Source: a bacterium
Lineage (GTDB): Bacteria; Electryoneota; Electryoneia; Electryoneales; Electryoneaceae
DNA: 64,000 bases
Reading direction: 5' to 3'
NCBI GenBank assembly: GCA_963669175.1
Contig: OY769902.1
Coordinates: 4,192,001 to 4,256,000, forward strand
Position numbers and translations under genes: made by a program
Shown: piece by piece, positions 10,373 through 19,920 of the stretch
How positions within the stretch are numbered: position 1 is the stretch's first letter
Layout: each line of letters begins with the position of its first letter
The notes under the pieces: generated by a model
What the model was told of the DNA's origin: nothing
The model's input: only the letters and a program-made list of their open reading frames with translations
The model's database searches: none

Positions 10373-11602
10373 ATGCAGGATTGTGCGATGGCGATAATTA
10401 CGTTATTCAGTGGACCTTATTGTTCCGGTGATGAGGTCGCCCAGGGCGTTGCCGATCACCTCGGGTACCAGCGTGTTGACGAAGAAGTTTTAGTGGAAGC
10501 AGCCAAACGATCCAAGCTGACGGTTGACAAGCTGAAGCGATCGCTTTCCGGAAGCCCGGGATTCCTGGGAAAGTTCACCAAAGAACATGAACGTGCTCTT
10601 GCCTATTTACGTGCGGCCCTTGCAGATATGCTGCATCGGGACAACCTTGTTCTGCACGGCTACGTCACGCATTTGATTCCTCTTTCGATTACCCATGTGC
10701 TGAAGATATGCCTGATCGCCAATACGGACTATCGTGTTGAGGCAGCCATGAAAGCTGAGGGCATCTCGAAAGACAAGGCGCTGAAGAAAGTCCATGAAGG
10801 CGATAACGAACGAGGCGCCTGGACTCATCGCGTACGAAGCAATGATCCATACGACGACGCCCTCTATGATATCGTTTTAGCCATGCAGTCAACCAGTATT
10901 GAACAGGCCATTGATTCTATTTGCAGCGGTGTATCGATTGACACATTGAATAGAACACCGGAAGATGAGCAGGCGATGGCGGACTTCGCCCTTGCTTCAG
11001 AAGTCAATATCGCACTCGCAGAGAAAGGCTATGAGATTGATGTAAAAGCAGACAACGGAAATGTTCAGATATTCCTGAACAAGTATACTTCCCGGTTGGA
11101 ACATACCCAGAAGAAGATCGAAGAAATCGCAGTTGCTGTGGCGGGGGTTCAGTCAGCAGCATGTAGCCCTGGCATACACTTTACTCCCCCATCCCTGATG
11201 CCAACACCGGAGTTGAATATGCCTTCACGAATCCTCCTGGTAGACGACGAGAAAGAATTTGTACATACCTTGTCCGAACGATTGCTTACACGGGATCTTG
11301 AATCGGCCGTTGTATATGATGGTGAAGAGGCGCTGGACTTTGTCGCCAACGAACCACCGGACGTCATGGTGCTGGACCTGAAGATGCCGGGCATTGACGG
11401 CATTGAAGTGCTGCGACGTGTAAAACAGAGCCACCCGGATATCGAGGTGATTATCCTTACCGGACACGGGTCAGACCGGGAACGTGATATCGCGCTTGAC
11501 CTTGGCGCGTTCGCCTATTTACAGAAACCCGTGAACATCGATGTGCTGGCGACGAAAATGAAGGAAGCACAAGCAGCCATAAACGAGAAAAAGCACTCGT
11601 AA
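10373..11602 (+). CDS. Cytidylate kinase-like domain + BON-like segment + response regulator receiver
   Basis: N-terminal IITLFSGPYCSGDEVA...YDIVL; C-terminal ILLVDDE, VLDLKMPG, LTGHG, LQKPV. Confidence 0.85.
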   Translation: MQDCAMAIITLFSGPYCSGDEVAQGVADHLGYQRVDEEVLVEAAKRSKLTVDKLKRSLSGSPGFLGKFTKEHERALAYLRAALADMLHRDNLVLHGYVTHLIPLSITHVLKICLIANTDYRVEAAMKAEGISKDKALKKVHEGDNERGAWTHRVRSNDPYDDALYDIVLAMQSTSIEQAIDSICSGVSIDTLNRTPEDEQAMADFALASEVNIALAEKGYEIDVKADNGNVQIFLNKYTSRLEHTQKKIEEIAVAVAGVQSAACSPGIHFTPPSLMPTPELNMPSRILLVDDEKEFVHTLSERLLTRDLESAVVYDGEEALDFVANEPPDVMVLDLKMPGIDGIEVLRRVKQSHPDIEVIILTGHGSDRERDIALDLGAFAYLQKPVNIDVLATKMKEAQAAINEKKHS

Positions 11603-11640
11603 ACAACCGGCAATCTCTATCGTTAAGCAGTGAGTAGCCC

Positions 11641-13380
11641 GTGGACACTACCCTGCATCTTCAGTTCTTCAAACAGATGTTTCTTCCTCGCCGATTTCTG
11701 AAATCGGCGGATAAGACAGAAGATTTGCGCCGTTACCGCAGATTATGGTGGTACTCGGTCTTATTAACTCTTATTGTGGCACAGGCGCCCCTGATCATCA
11801 TGGCCGGGGTCAATTATTTCATGTTCCAGGAAACCATGCAATCCGACCTGCGTTATGACCTTTCACGCAACCTGGTCGGCATTTCACGATCCCTGCAAAC
11901 GATTATCGAAGAACGCCTGGCAGCGCTGCGTTTCACAGTCAAGGATAAAACAACAGAAGAATTATACGATCCGGCAGAATTGGCAATCACCTCTCAGAAC
12001 CTGAAGAACACATTCGGCGGTTTTGTTGATCTTGGTGTGATCAGTTCTGACGGTATCCAGTTGAATTATGTCGGACCATATGACCTTGCAGGTGCTGACT
12101 ATTCGGACCAGAGCGCGTTTCACGAAGTTGTAATCCGTGGCACCCATGTCAGCGACGTCTTCATGGGCCATCGTCATTTCCCGCATTTTGTCATTGCCGT
12201 AAAGCACGAGACAGGCAACAACGATTTTTACATCCTCCGTGCGACGGTGGATATGGAATCGCTTAACCGGCTTATTTATATCCCGGATTCAGATGAAGTG
12301 GATGACGTCTTCATTGTCAGCCGTGATGGTATTCTGCAAACCCCCTCGCGATCACATGGCGAATTGCTGGAAAAGGCAACCTTGCCGATTCCCGAATACA
12401 CACCGAATTTATCGGTAATAGAACGTATCCGTGATGAACAACTGCCATGTTACCTGGGCTACAGCTTTATTGACAACACCCCTTTTATCCTGATGGTGAC
12501 AAAGACCAGGCCGCATATGGTACATGCCTGGATCAGCAAGCAGTCAGATATGATCGTATTCCTCATCTTGAGCCTGATTCTGATTTTTATCGTGGTATTA
12601 TGGAGTTCAACAAAGTTGATGATGCACATTCGTCAGGCAGACCAGCATCGGACTCAACTCCTGTTGAACGTGGAATACACTAATAAAATGGCGACTATCG
12701 GACGCCTGGCTGCCGGTGTAGCCCACGAAATCAACAATCCGCTTGCTATCATCAACGAGAAGGCGGGATTGCTGACCGACCTTGCCACACTTTCCGAGGA
12801 GTATCCCTACAAGGACAAAACCCTCAAAGCCCTGGATACGATTGTAAAATCTGTTGAACGGTGCAGTGGTGTTACGCATCGGTTGCTCGGCTTTACACGA
12901 AAGATGCAGACCCGTTCGGAACCTATCAAACTCGACCACCTCCTTGACGAAGTGGTGGGATTCCTGGAAAGGGAAGCTCGCCATCGCAACATCAAGATAT
13001 ACAGGGATTACGATGTTGATATACCGTTGATTGAAAGTGACAAAGGCCAGCTTCAACAAGTGTTCCTCAATATTCTGAACAATGCTTTTGCGGCCGTGGA
13101 AAACGGTGGTAAAATCAACATGATGGTCGAGCCCAAAAACGGCCAGAAGGTATTTGTAACTATTCGTGATAACGGGGTTGGTATTTCAGAAGAAAATCTC
13201 ACCCATATCTTTGAACCGTTTTTCTCTACCAAGGGTGACTTTGGGACCGGTCTGGGACTGTCCATAACGTACGGGCTTGTACAGAAACTGGGCGGGACAA
13301 TTGAAATCGAGAGTGAAGTTGGCGTAGGGACAGCGTTTCTTGTGACCCTTCCATTAAAACACGAAATCGTTGCGGAGTAA
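11641..13380 (+). CDS. Membrane sensor histidine kinase (Cache-like periplasmic domain)
   Basis: Two TMs; H-box AGVAHEINNPL, N-box NILNNA, G1 DNGVG, F-box FEPFFSTK, G2 GTGLGL. Confidence 0.95.
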   Translation: MDTTLHLQFFKQMFLPRRFLKSADKTEDLRRYRRLWWYSVLLTLIVAQAPLIIMAGVNYFMFQETMQSDLRYDLSRNLVGISRSLQTIIEERLAALRFTVKDKTTEELYDPAELAITSQNLKNTFGGFVDLGVISSDGIQLNYVGPYDLAGADYSDQSAFHEVVIRGTHVSDVFMGHRHFPHFVIAVKHETGNNDFYILRATVDMESLNRLIYIPDSDEVDDVFIVSRDGILQTPSRSHGELLEKATLPIPEYTPNLSVIERIRDEQLPCYLGYSFIDNTPFILMVTKTRPHMVHAWISKQSDMIVFLILSLILIFIVVLWSSTKLMMHIRQADQHRTQLLLNVEYTNKMATIGRLAAGVAHEINNPLAIINEKAGLLTDLATLSEEYPYKDKTLKALDTIVKSVERCSGVTHRLLGFTRKMQTRSEPIKLDHLLDEVVGFLEREARHRNIKIYRDYDVDIPLIESDKGQLQQVFLNILNNAFAAVENGGKINMMVEPKNGQKVFVTIRDNGVGISEENLTHIFEPFFSTKGDFGTGLGLSITYGLVQKLGGTIEIESEVGVGTAFLVTLPLKHEIVAE

Positions 13381-13383
13381 AAC

Positions 13384-13773
13384 ATGGAAAATTGTCGCAT
13401 ATTGCTGATTGATGACGAACTGGAGCTGGTTTCCACCCTGGTGGAACGGCTGGAAATACGTGGTATCTGCGCGGACGCTGTCACCAATGGGCACGACGCC
13501 TTGGAGCGTATGCGCGATATGCCCTATGATGTCATCGTCGCTGATTTGAAAATGCCCGGTCTGAGTGGAAAAGAGGTTATCGAAATCACTCGCGCCCGAT
13601 ATCCTGAAACAAAAATCCTGTTGATAACCGGGCATGGCCGTTCCTCCCATGACGAAATGGAGAAAAACATTCCCGGCGTGTTTGAAATCCTGATGAAGCC
13701 ATTCAACATCAATCAGCTTATCTCGTCTATCCAGAGAGCTGTTGAGAACCCGAATCCTGAGAAAAACGAGTAG
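13384..13773 (+). CDS. Single-domain response regulator (REC)
   Basis: ILLIDDE, ADLKMPG, ITGHG, LMKPF. Confidence 0.92.
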   Translation: MENCRILLIDDELELVSTLVERLEIRGICADAVTNGHDALERMRDMPYDVIVADLKMPGLSGKEVIEITRARYPETKILLITGHGRSSHDEMEKNIPGVFEILMKPFNINQLISSIQRAVENPNPEKNE

Positions 13774-13777
13774 TACG

Positions 13778-14437
13778 ATGTCCGATAGAGAAAAAACGAG
13801 CAACGAGCTGGAATTTTTCGGCCGGATTACCGCCAGCGTTTCTCACGAGATGAACAACGTGATCTCGATTATCGACCAGGTCTCCGGCCTGCTCGAAGAT
13901 CACCTCGCCGCAGCGGAATCCGGAATGGAGATCAAACCGGAGCAGCTCGCACGTGTCCATGGAAAAATCCAGGCTCAAACGGCTCGTGGTGTTGAGATCA
14001 TTCGACGTCTGAACAAGTTCGCTCACAGTGTTGATGATCCGGTCTGTGATTTTGACTTGAACGTAGTGTTGGAGAACCTGGCCGGGATATGTGATCGCTT
14101 TGCCACGCTGAACCGTGTAGTTCTGCTTCGGGAATGGTCACCACAGGAAATCCCGATGACAAATTCGCCATTCCTTGTCCAGCAGGCTGTTTACTACCTG
14201 CTTCGCTACACATTCGAGATAACGGATAATCAGGCAGAGATTACCATTTCTACGGCTATTGAGGATGCAAAGCCCTGTATTGAGATTGCCTATCCCAAAA
14301 GTACCAGCAGCGATACAGAAACGCCGGACAACAACTGGATAGAAAAAGCGCAGACGGTTTGTGCCCTGATTTCCTGTTCCATTGAGTATGCAAATGTAGG
14401 TGCAGAGACAGAAATTATTCGTATTTTGTTTCTATAG
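13778..14437 (+). CDS. Cytoplasmic HisKA-like protein with degenerate ATPase domain (pseudo-kinase or phosphotransferase)
   Basis: H-box ASVSHEMNNVI present; no recognisable N-box Asn, DxGxG or G2 box. ATG at 13778 follows the upstream stop. Confidence 0.75.
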   Translation: MSDREKTSNELEFFGRITASVSHEMNNVISIIDQVSGLLEDHLAAAESGMEIKPEQLARVHGKIQAQTARGVEIIRRLNKFAHSVDDPVCDFDLNVVLENLAGICDRFATLNRVVLLREWSPQEIPMTNSPFLVQQAVYYLLRYTFEITDNQAEITISTAIEDAKPCIEIAYPKSTSSDTETPDNNWIEKAQTVCALISCSIEYANVGAETEIIRILFL

Positions 14438-14512
14438 GGATCAACCTGTACAACAGATTGTTTCAACCGATAATCCTGTTGATCGTTCGAAAGAAAAGCG
14501 GAGGATTCATAG

Positions 14513-14944
14513 ATGACACCCATTCGTGTACTGCTCGTGGATGATGAACAGGATTTCACCGAGATCCTGTCGGAACGGTTGATCACGCGTGGCATGCTGG
14601 TTGATGTTGCCAATGAAGGTCAGGAAGCGTTAAAACTCGCGGGGGAACGTACCTATGACGCGGTCGTCCTCGATCTGCAAATGCCCGGCATGGACGGCAT
14701 CGAGACGCTGAAACGTATGGTTCGACTCAACAGCGACCTTCAGGTGATCCTCCTGACCGGACACGGCACCCTGGACAAGAGTGTTGAGGCCATGAAATCT
14801 GGTGCGATGGAATTCCTCGAGAAACCACCGGACATGAATATCCTGATCCAACGCTTGAGCGAAGCCAAAACCACACATCGTGAGCTTTCCGAGAAACGCA
14901 TGGAAGACACTCTCGGCGGTATCATGAAAAAAATGGGGTGGTAG
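14513..14944 (+). CDS. Response regulator (REC)
   Basis: VLLVDDE, VLDLQMPG, LTGHG, LEKP; GGAGG RBS. Confidence 0.92.
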   Translation: MTPIRVLLVDDEQDFTEILSERLITRGMLVDVANEGQEALKLAGERTYDAVVLDLQMPGMDGIETLKRMVRLNSDLQVILLTGHGTLDKSVEAMKSGAMEFLEKPPDMNILIQRLSEAKTTHRELSEKRMEDTLGGIMKKMGW

Positions 14945-15223
14945 CTCTCGCAAGTTTGAAAGTTGGAAAGTTACAAAGTTGTAAAGTTGAAAAGTTATCG
15001 GGTTGCCTGGTATCAGCTAGCATTGGCAAGAGTGTTCTGGGGAGCAGATACGCCTAGGCGCACTATCCAAGGATTGTTGAAGAATTGATCACGGACTTAT
15101 CGAAATTTGAATACAGTAAAACATGCGACACTATTGTCGTTCCTGAAAGTCTTTATCGTTTCATGTTGGCGGCAGCTTCTTTCGGACACTGGACATTTAT
15201 CTTTTCTAGGGTCTGCTTCGCCC

Positions 15224-15327
15224 TGATTGCACCTCCTGATTGCACCTCCTGATTGCACTCTTTGATTGCACCTCCTGATTGCACCTCCTGATTGTACTCT
15301 TTGATTGTACTCTTTGATTGCACTCTT
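15224..15327. repeat. 13-bp tandem array (8 units) at the left end of composite element A
   Basis: Units TGATTG(C/T)AC(CTCC/TCTT) at 15224, 15237, 15250, 15263, 15276, 15289, 15302 and 15315. Confidence 0.92.
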
Positions 15328-15962
15328 TCGAAAGTATATATTTATTTGTTTTAGCAGGCTTTAGCCTGCTCCTCTTAGCCCCCGGCTTTAGCCCTGTCTC
15401 TTGCTCACATCTTCGTGTTTCTGCCACCCCAGAGGGGGTGGTATATTTTTTCGTAGGGTTGACGCTGTCTGTTTAGCGTCTACCCTACGAAAAAGATCAA
15501 ACCTTATCTCAACCCTGGAAGGGTTGCATAACGTATAATTTACACCCAATTGGTTTGTATAGAATATAAAATGCGTTATTTCCTGTATTTATTGAACGTA
15601 CTAATATGAATCGCGTATTATGCAACCCTTCCAGGGTTGATTATTCGTTAGAATACCTGACATAGTGTACAGGCCAAACAGACGGCCTGTACACTATGCT
15701 AAAATAGGGAATCCCGCCGGGATTCTAAAAATGCTATGTCCACAACTCTTTTACTGATACAGCTTTCAGAAGATGTGGGTAAGAGACAGGGCTTTAGCCG
15801 GGGGAACAAGGACAACAACGACTCGAGCGCCCTTCAGGGTGCTTTCCTGATTCGTATGGATTCTATGACGTTAAAGCACGCTAAAGCGCGCTCATAGCTT
15901 TTGTTATATCCATCCACCCGGCTAAAGCCGGGTGCTAAGAGGAGCCTGCTGAAGCAGGCTAA
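15315..15962 (+). mobile_element. REP/REPIN-like mirrored multi-hairpin element, copy A (interrupted by a MITE)
   Basis: Hairpins AGCAGGCTTTAGCCTGCT, CCCGGCTTTAGCC|GGG, GAGCGCCCTTCAGGGTGCT, AGCACGCTAAAGCGCGCT, CACCCGGCTAAAGCCGGGTG, AGCCTGCTGAAGCAGGCT; near-identical reverse-complement copy at 41104-41748. Confidence 0.8.
15394..15789. mobile_element. 396-bp non-autonomous MITE with IS50/Tn5-like (IS4 family) ends, copy 1
   Basis: Left end CTGTCTCTTGCTCACATCTTC, right end GAAGATGTGGGTAAGAGACAG (19/21 IR); flanking direct repeat GGCTTTAGCC at 15384-15393 and 15790-15799; no long ORF. Confidence 0.88.
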
Positions 15963-16113
15963 AAACTTTTGAATCAGTAAAACTTTTGAATCAGCAAAAA
16001 CTTATGAATCAGCAAATACTTATGAATCAGTAAAAACTTTCGAATCAGCAAAAACTTTTGAATCAGCAAATACTATCGAATCAGCAAAAACCTTCGAATC
16101 AGTAAAAACCTTC
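15961..16113. repeat. 18-bp tandem array (8 units) at the right end of composite element A
   Basis: Units beginning GAATCAG(C/T)AAA at 15971, 15988, 16006, 16024, 16042, 16060, 16078 and 16096; followed by a 14-bp AGAAACAGTATCTC duplication at 16133-16166. Confidence 0.9.
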
Positions 16114-16275
16114 GAGACCCCATATTTTTTCAAGAAACAGTATCTCAGAAACAGTATCTCAGAAACCCTTTGTTCCTGTCACGAAAATCCAACCATCTCC
16201 AACTCAACCCTTGTCCCTTCCGGCTGAACATGCTACGTTTCGCAAGGTCCGAAATCCTTGTGAGGAATAGCCCGC

Positions 16276-19200
16276 ATGAAACGATTCGCGTTCATCCTGT
16301 TGCTTGCTTATTGTATTCCTTTATTGGCGGCGGATACGAAGTATCCAGTGACGTATTATCGTGCCGTTGATTCGCTACGCACCAATCTTGTCGCGGATTC
16401 CCTGTACCGTTACGCTGACTATGATCAGCAGATGAAACACTGGGAACGTGCGGACACGCTGGCGCAAAAAGGCCTGGCAACGCTCGATACGCTGCAGAAC
16501 CTGCTGGACTGGACTTACCGTGGCAGCGATGAAGCGATTGCTGCGGCCATGTTGGGCATGCGTGTCGCGGTAATAACCCGTCCCATGGGGAAACCGGAAC
16601 TGAACAGAATCGAGTTTCACAATCCTGCGACCGATGAATTACTGATTGTTTACGATCCGGCGCCCTGGCTGGTTGATGAGACCATCGGCTTTGTACAAAC
16701 TGATAAAAACACGACCATCTTTGAAACCTGGCCCAAGGTTGACGGCTACCGCGTTACTACGTTTTCCCATTCACGTCTGGATGGCGGTTTCCAGGTAATT
16801 CGTGAAGGTCGCACCATCATCCGTGCCCTTCCGGACAAACGTGACCGCATCTGGCTACTCGAATATGACGCTGACCAGACTGTACATCTGGTACTATATA
16901 ACGCAGACTCAAAACGCTTCGCCCAGGTCAAGACATTCCATGAATACAGCCCGTTAGCTTTCAAACCGCCATCACGCGCTTATAATGACGGCTGGGTGTT
17001 GATTGACATGGATGAGCTGTATTTCCTCGACCCGCTTGCCGGACGTTGTGACAAGCTGATGAATCTGCCCTTTATCGCTGTGAGCGAAGATCAGTTTTCC
17101 GGCTGGACCTTCAGCGCCATGCGTGACAACGATTTGCACCTGCTGAAGTTCAAACCGCGTCCCCCGGTGTATAAACATGTCATCTTGCCAGACGCTATCC
17201 CTGCGGAACGAAACGGCCTTTCCGCCAAGGTCAATGACTTCGGCGCCTACCTTGCCAATGTGCAGGATGACAGTCTTTCGCTGTACAACATTCTGGGCGA
17301 TGAAGCTTCGCTGGAATCTCGTCATTCCGCGTTACGACGTCATGGTTTCATGCTGCTTGACGGGCTTGAGTGGTTCGGACACCTGCTGCTCCATTACGGA
17401 CGTAATGGTCTCCGGGTTTACAACGGCAGCAACCTGATTTTCGCGGATAGTGCCAACGGGGATCAGGTTGGTGTCATTGAACCGTTGGAAGGAATGCTGT
17501 GGGCGCATCGAGCGCCGGATTTCCTGTACTGTGTGGACTTGAACACAAAAGACACGCTGTGGCATTCCTCGCTGAAGCTCTCCCCCGCACGCCACATGGC
17601 CCGGCTGAATGATGGCTGGCTGGCGCTGAATAACAACTATCTCGATTACCGGGTGGTTGATTTCGCCAACGGAAACGAACTGTTACGTCAACCTGTACCC
17701 GGCCCGATGGTGTTTTCCTATCTGCCACTGGATGAAAGTGTGCTTTTGAATGGTCCGGGTGGCGCTTTCCTGCGGTATTTGCCGATCAGACGTGATCTTC
17801 GCGCTGACCTTGTGGAACTGCGCGCACGTGGGCTCAATGTCCTCGGTGACACCACGCAGGCGCTGGACCTCGCTACTCAAGCCTTCATCCTGGGTGAACC
17901 GTTGAAGGAATGGGCTCACAACGGTCTGCTGAAACGCTACAAAGGGCAACGCCTGACTCGTGAAAGTCTGCAATTTGTGGGTCAGGCAGCAATCCGTACC
18001 GGTGATCCCGGCTGGACAAAAATTCTGAACCGTGGCGGGGCGGAGTTCTTCTCTCCTGCGGTTTTGAGTGGGTTCAATCATTTGATCCCCACGGGCAAAG
18101 GTGTGATGGCCATGCCTTCCCTGACGCCGAAAGATTACCTGACCGGCGAATATGGCTGGCATGCTTCGTTTGTCCTTGGTCCGAAATTTGACAGCTATGG
18201 CGAATTACAGCAGCGTTTCCTGACCAGCTATGCCATCCAGATTCCTGATGGATATATCCTGTTCTCTTTCGAACGTCGCAGCCAGAACCGTCCGGTTTAT
18301 GATGGTCTGGCGTGGTTGTTGAACTCATCCGGCTCAATCAAACCACTGGGCAAGCTGGACATTGCCGCCTTGTCCGAACAATTCCCCCCCAGCAGTGACA
18401 TGGTCGCCGGGGGAATTGTGCCCACATTGTCCAATCCCGATGGGGACAAGATCCTGGTCAACTTCTGGCGTTTCGGCTTCAGTGAAGATGTCCATCCCCT
18501 GTTCACAGCGTGCATCGACCTGACCGGCGGCGGGAAGAACTGGACGGATACGACCTCCGTATCACCGGTGTTTGCCGGAGGACAATGGTACGCTCATGAG
18601 ATCAGCGGTGAAGAAATTGTGTACGTAGCACCGCATGGTCAGGCAGCCCGGGCGGACATGAGAACCGGCGATATTATCCGTTCGGTCAACGGATACCCTG
18701 TCATGGCCTGTCAGCGATACAGCGACCTGATCGCAACTCTACCGCGCGGCGCAACCTACACTGTTCAGGTTGAATCACCCAAGGGTGAGCAATACACCGC
18801 AGAGTTGGTGAAGAGTTATACCGGCTTTGAGTCGCTGCCAGAACAGACACTGGTTGAATTAAACCAGAAAAATGCTACCCATTCCAATCCGATGAAACTG
18901 CCTGCCGGATACCTGTTGATGGCAGCCAACGAAGATGGCCACCTGGTGTACAAGTACCAGGACAGCCTGCTGTTCGTTGATCCGGTAGCGCAGTCCATGC
19001 AACGAGTGACTCTACCGGGTATCTCAGACACGGACCTCCTGACAAGTCCGGGCATGTATGATATCGCTGTGTTCGGGAATCCATCAGCGGGACGCTTCCT
19101 TGGTATCAACCTCGCTGCCAGCGCTGTGGATTCACAACGAGTTGTCTGGCGGAAAACATTTGGACCGTTGCGTAATCTACCCCCGCTAAATGAAGCGGCA

Positions 19201-19476
19201 GATCGTTTCCCGGTATTGCTGAACGATGGTACCCTCCTGCTGATCAATCCTGTGGACGGCGCAGAAGTAAACCGTACTCAGCTTCCCTTCGCGGCATGGA
19301 TCGACCGGACAGCATTGCTTGGAAATACGTTCTACGGATCCATCGAAGGTCGCATCCTCGGCTGGAACATCGCATCCGGTTCCGCCGCTTCTCCGGTCCT
19401 GTTCCTGCTGATTGGCGCTGGTGGTATGCTGGCGCTTTGCCTGGTGGGGATGGTGCTGATGCGGAAACGGGGGTAA
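16276..19476 (+). CDS. Large exported protein with PQQ-like beta-propeller segments, a PDZ domain and a C-terminal membrane anchor
   Basis: Signal peptide MKRFAFILLLAYCIPLLA; PDZ-like VAPHGQAARADMRTGDIIRSVNG; LYCVDLNTKDTLW and LLLINPVDGAEV blade-like motifs; C-terminal TM followed by RKRG. Confidence 0.7.
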   Translation: MKRFAFILLLAYCIPLLAADTKYPVTYYRAVDSLRTNLVADSLYRYADYDQQMKHWERADTLAQKGLATLDTLQNLLDWTYRGSDEAIAAAMLGMRVAVITRPMGKPELNRIEFHNPATDELLIVYDPAPWLVDETIGFVQTDKNTTIFETWPKVDGYRVTTFSHSRLDGGFQVIREGRTIIRALPDKRDRIWLLEYDADQTVHLVLYNADSKRFAQVKTFHEYSPLAFKPPSRAYNDGWVLIDMDELYFLDPLAGRCDKLMNLPFIAVSEDQFSGWTFSAMRDNDLHLLKFKPRPPVYKHVILPDAIPAERNGLSAKVNDFGAYLANVQDDSLSLYNILGDEASLESRHSALRRHGFMLLDGLEWFGHLLLHYGRNGLRVYNGSNLIFADSANGDQVGVIEPLEGMLWAHRAPDFLYCVDLNTKDTLWHSSLKLSPARHMARLNDGWLALNNNYLDYRVVDFANGNELLRQPVPGPMVFSYLPLDESVLLNGPGGAFLRYLPIRRDLRADLVELRARGLNVLGDTTQALDLATQAFILGEPLKEWAHNGLLKRYKGQRLTRESLQFVGQAAIRTGDPGWTKILNRGGAEFFSPAVLSGFNHLIPTGKGVMAMPSLTPKDYLTGEYGWHASFVLGPKFDSYGELQQRFLTSYAIQIPDGYILFSFERRSQNRPVYDGLAWLLNSSGSIKPLGKLDIAALSEQFPPSSDMVAGGIVPTLSNPDGDKILVNFWRFGFSEDVHPLFTACIDLTGGGKNWTDTTSVSPVFAGGQWYAHEISGEEIVYVAPHGQAARADMRTGDIIRSVNGYPVMACQRYSDLIATLPRGATYTVQVESPKGEQYTAELVKSYTGFESLPEQTLVELNQKNATHSNPMKLPAGYLLMAANEDGHLVYKYQDSLLFVDPVAQSMQRVTLPGISDTDLLTSPGMYDIAVFGNPSAGRFLGINLAASAVDSQRVVWRKTFGPLRNLPPLNEAADRFPVLLNDGTLLLINPVDGAEVNRTQLPFAAWIDRTALLGNTFYGSIEGRILGWNIASGSAASPVLFLLIGAGGMLALCLVGMVLMRKRG

Positions 19477-19537
19477 GAAATAGTCTGACTTCAATAAGTC
19501 GGATATGACGCATAACTTTGTTATGAATGAATCCCAT

Positions 19538-19754
19538 CCCCCCGAAGGGGTATAACAAGAATAGCGCGGATCGTCAGCCCCGGGAAAGAAATGTTGCCCT
19601 CCTTTATCGATCCTGAAGGGATCGCACATTTTTCCTAATAATAGTTGTAATCACTGTTATAGATGTGTGTACCCTTCGGGGACAAGAAAATGTCGTATCA
19701 CATTTCCCCGGCACTTACGTACCGCGCTATTCAAATGGTTCACCTGCGGTGAAC
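19538..19754. repeat. REPIN-like mirrored triple-hairpin element (different sequence family)
   Basis: GAATAGCGCGG (19559-19569) / CCGCGCTATTC (19722-19732) inverted pair; hairpins CCCCCGAAGGGG, CGATCCTGAAGGGATCG, CCCTTCGGGG, GTTCACCTGCGGTGAAC; AT-rich centre. Confidence 0.65.
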
Positions 19755-19920
19755 TTCAGTCGTTATCTGGCTAATATTGTAAGACATTTACAATAGAATC
19801 ATGGATATTCATTGATCCGGAACCGCTCAAGGGATCCTATTATAAATCTGCAAATCGCCTCAAACACATTGTCTTTTCAGGGTGTATCCCCTCTTGCCGC
19901 TTTGAGATCGACGGTTTACA

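Noticed and set aside
15394-15412. Nextera/Tn5 mosaic-end adapter contamination
   Set aside because: The ends differ from CTGTCTCTTATACACATCT at 2-3 positions, occur as paired IRs exactly 396 bp apart in two loci, and have target-site duplications.
15961-16113. Diversity-generating retroelement TR/VR pair (versus 40939-41100)
   Set aside because: No reverse transcriptase in the window, differences are not adenine-specific, and neither array lies in a target gene.
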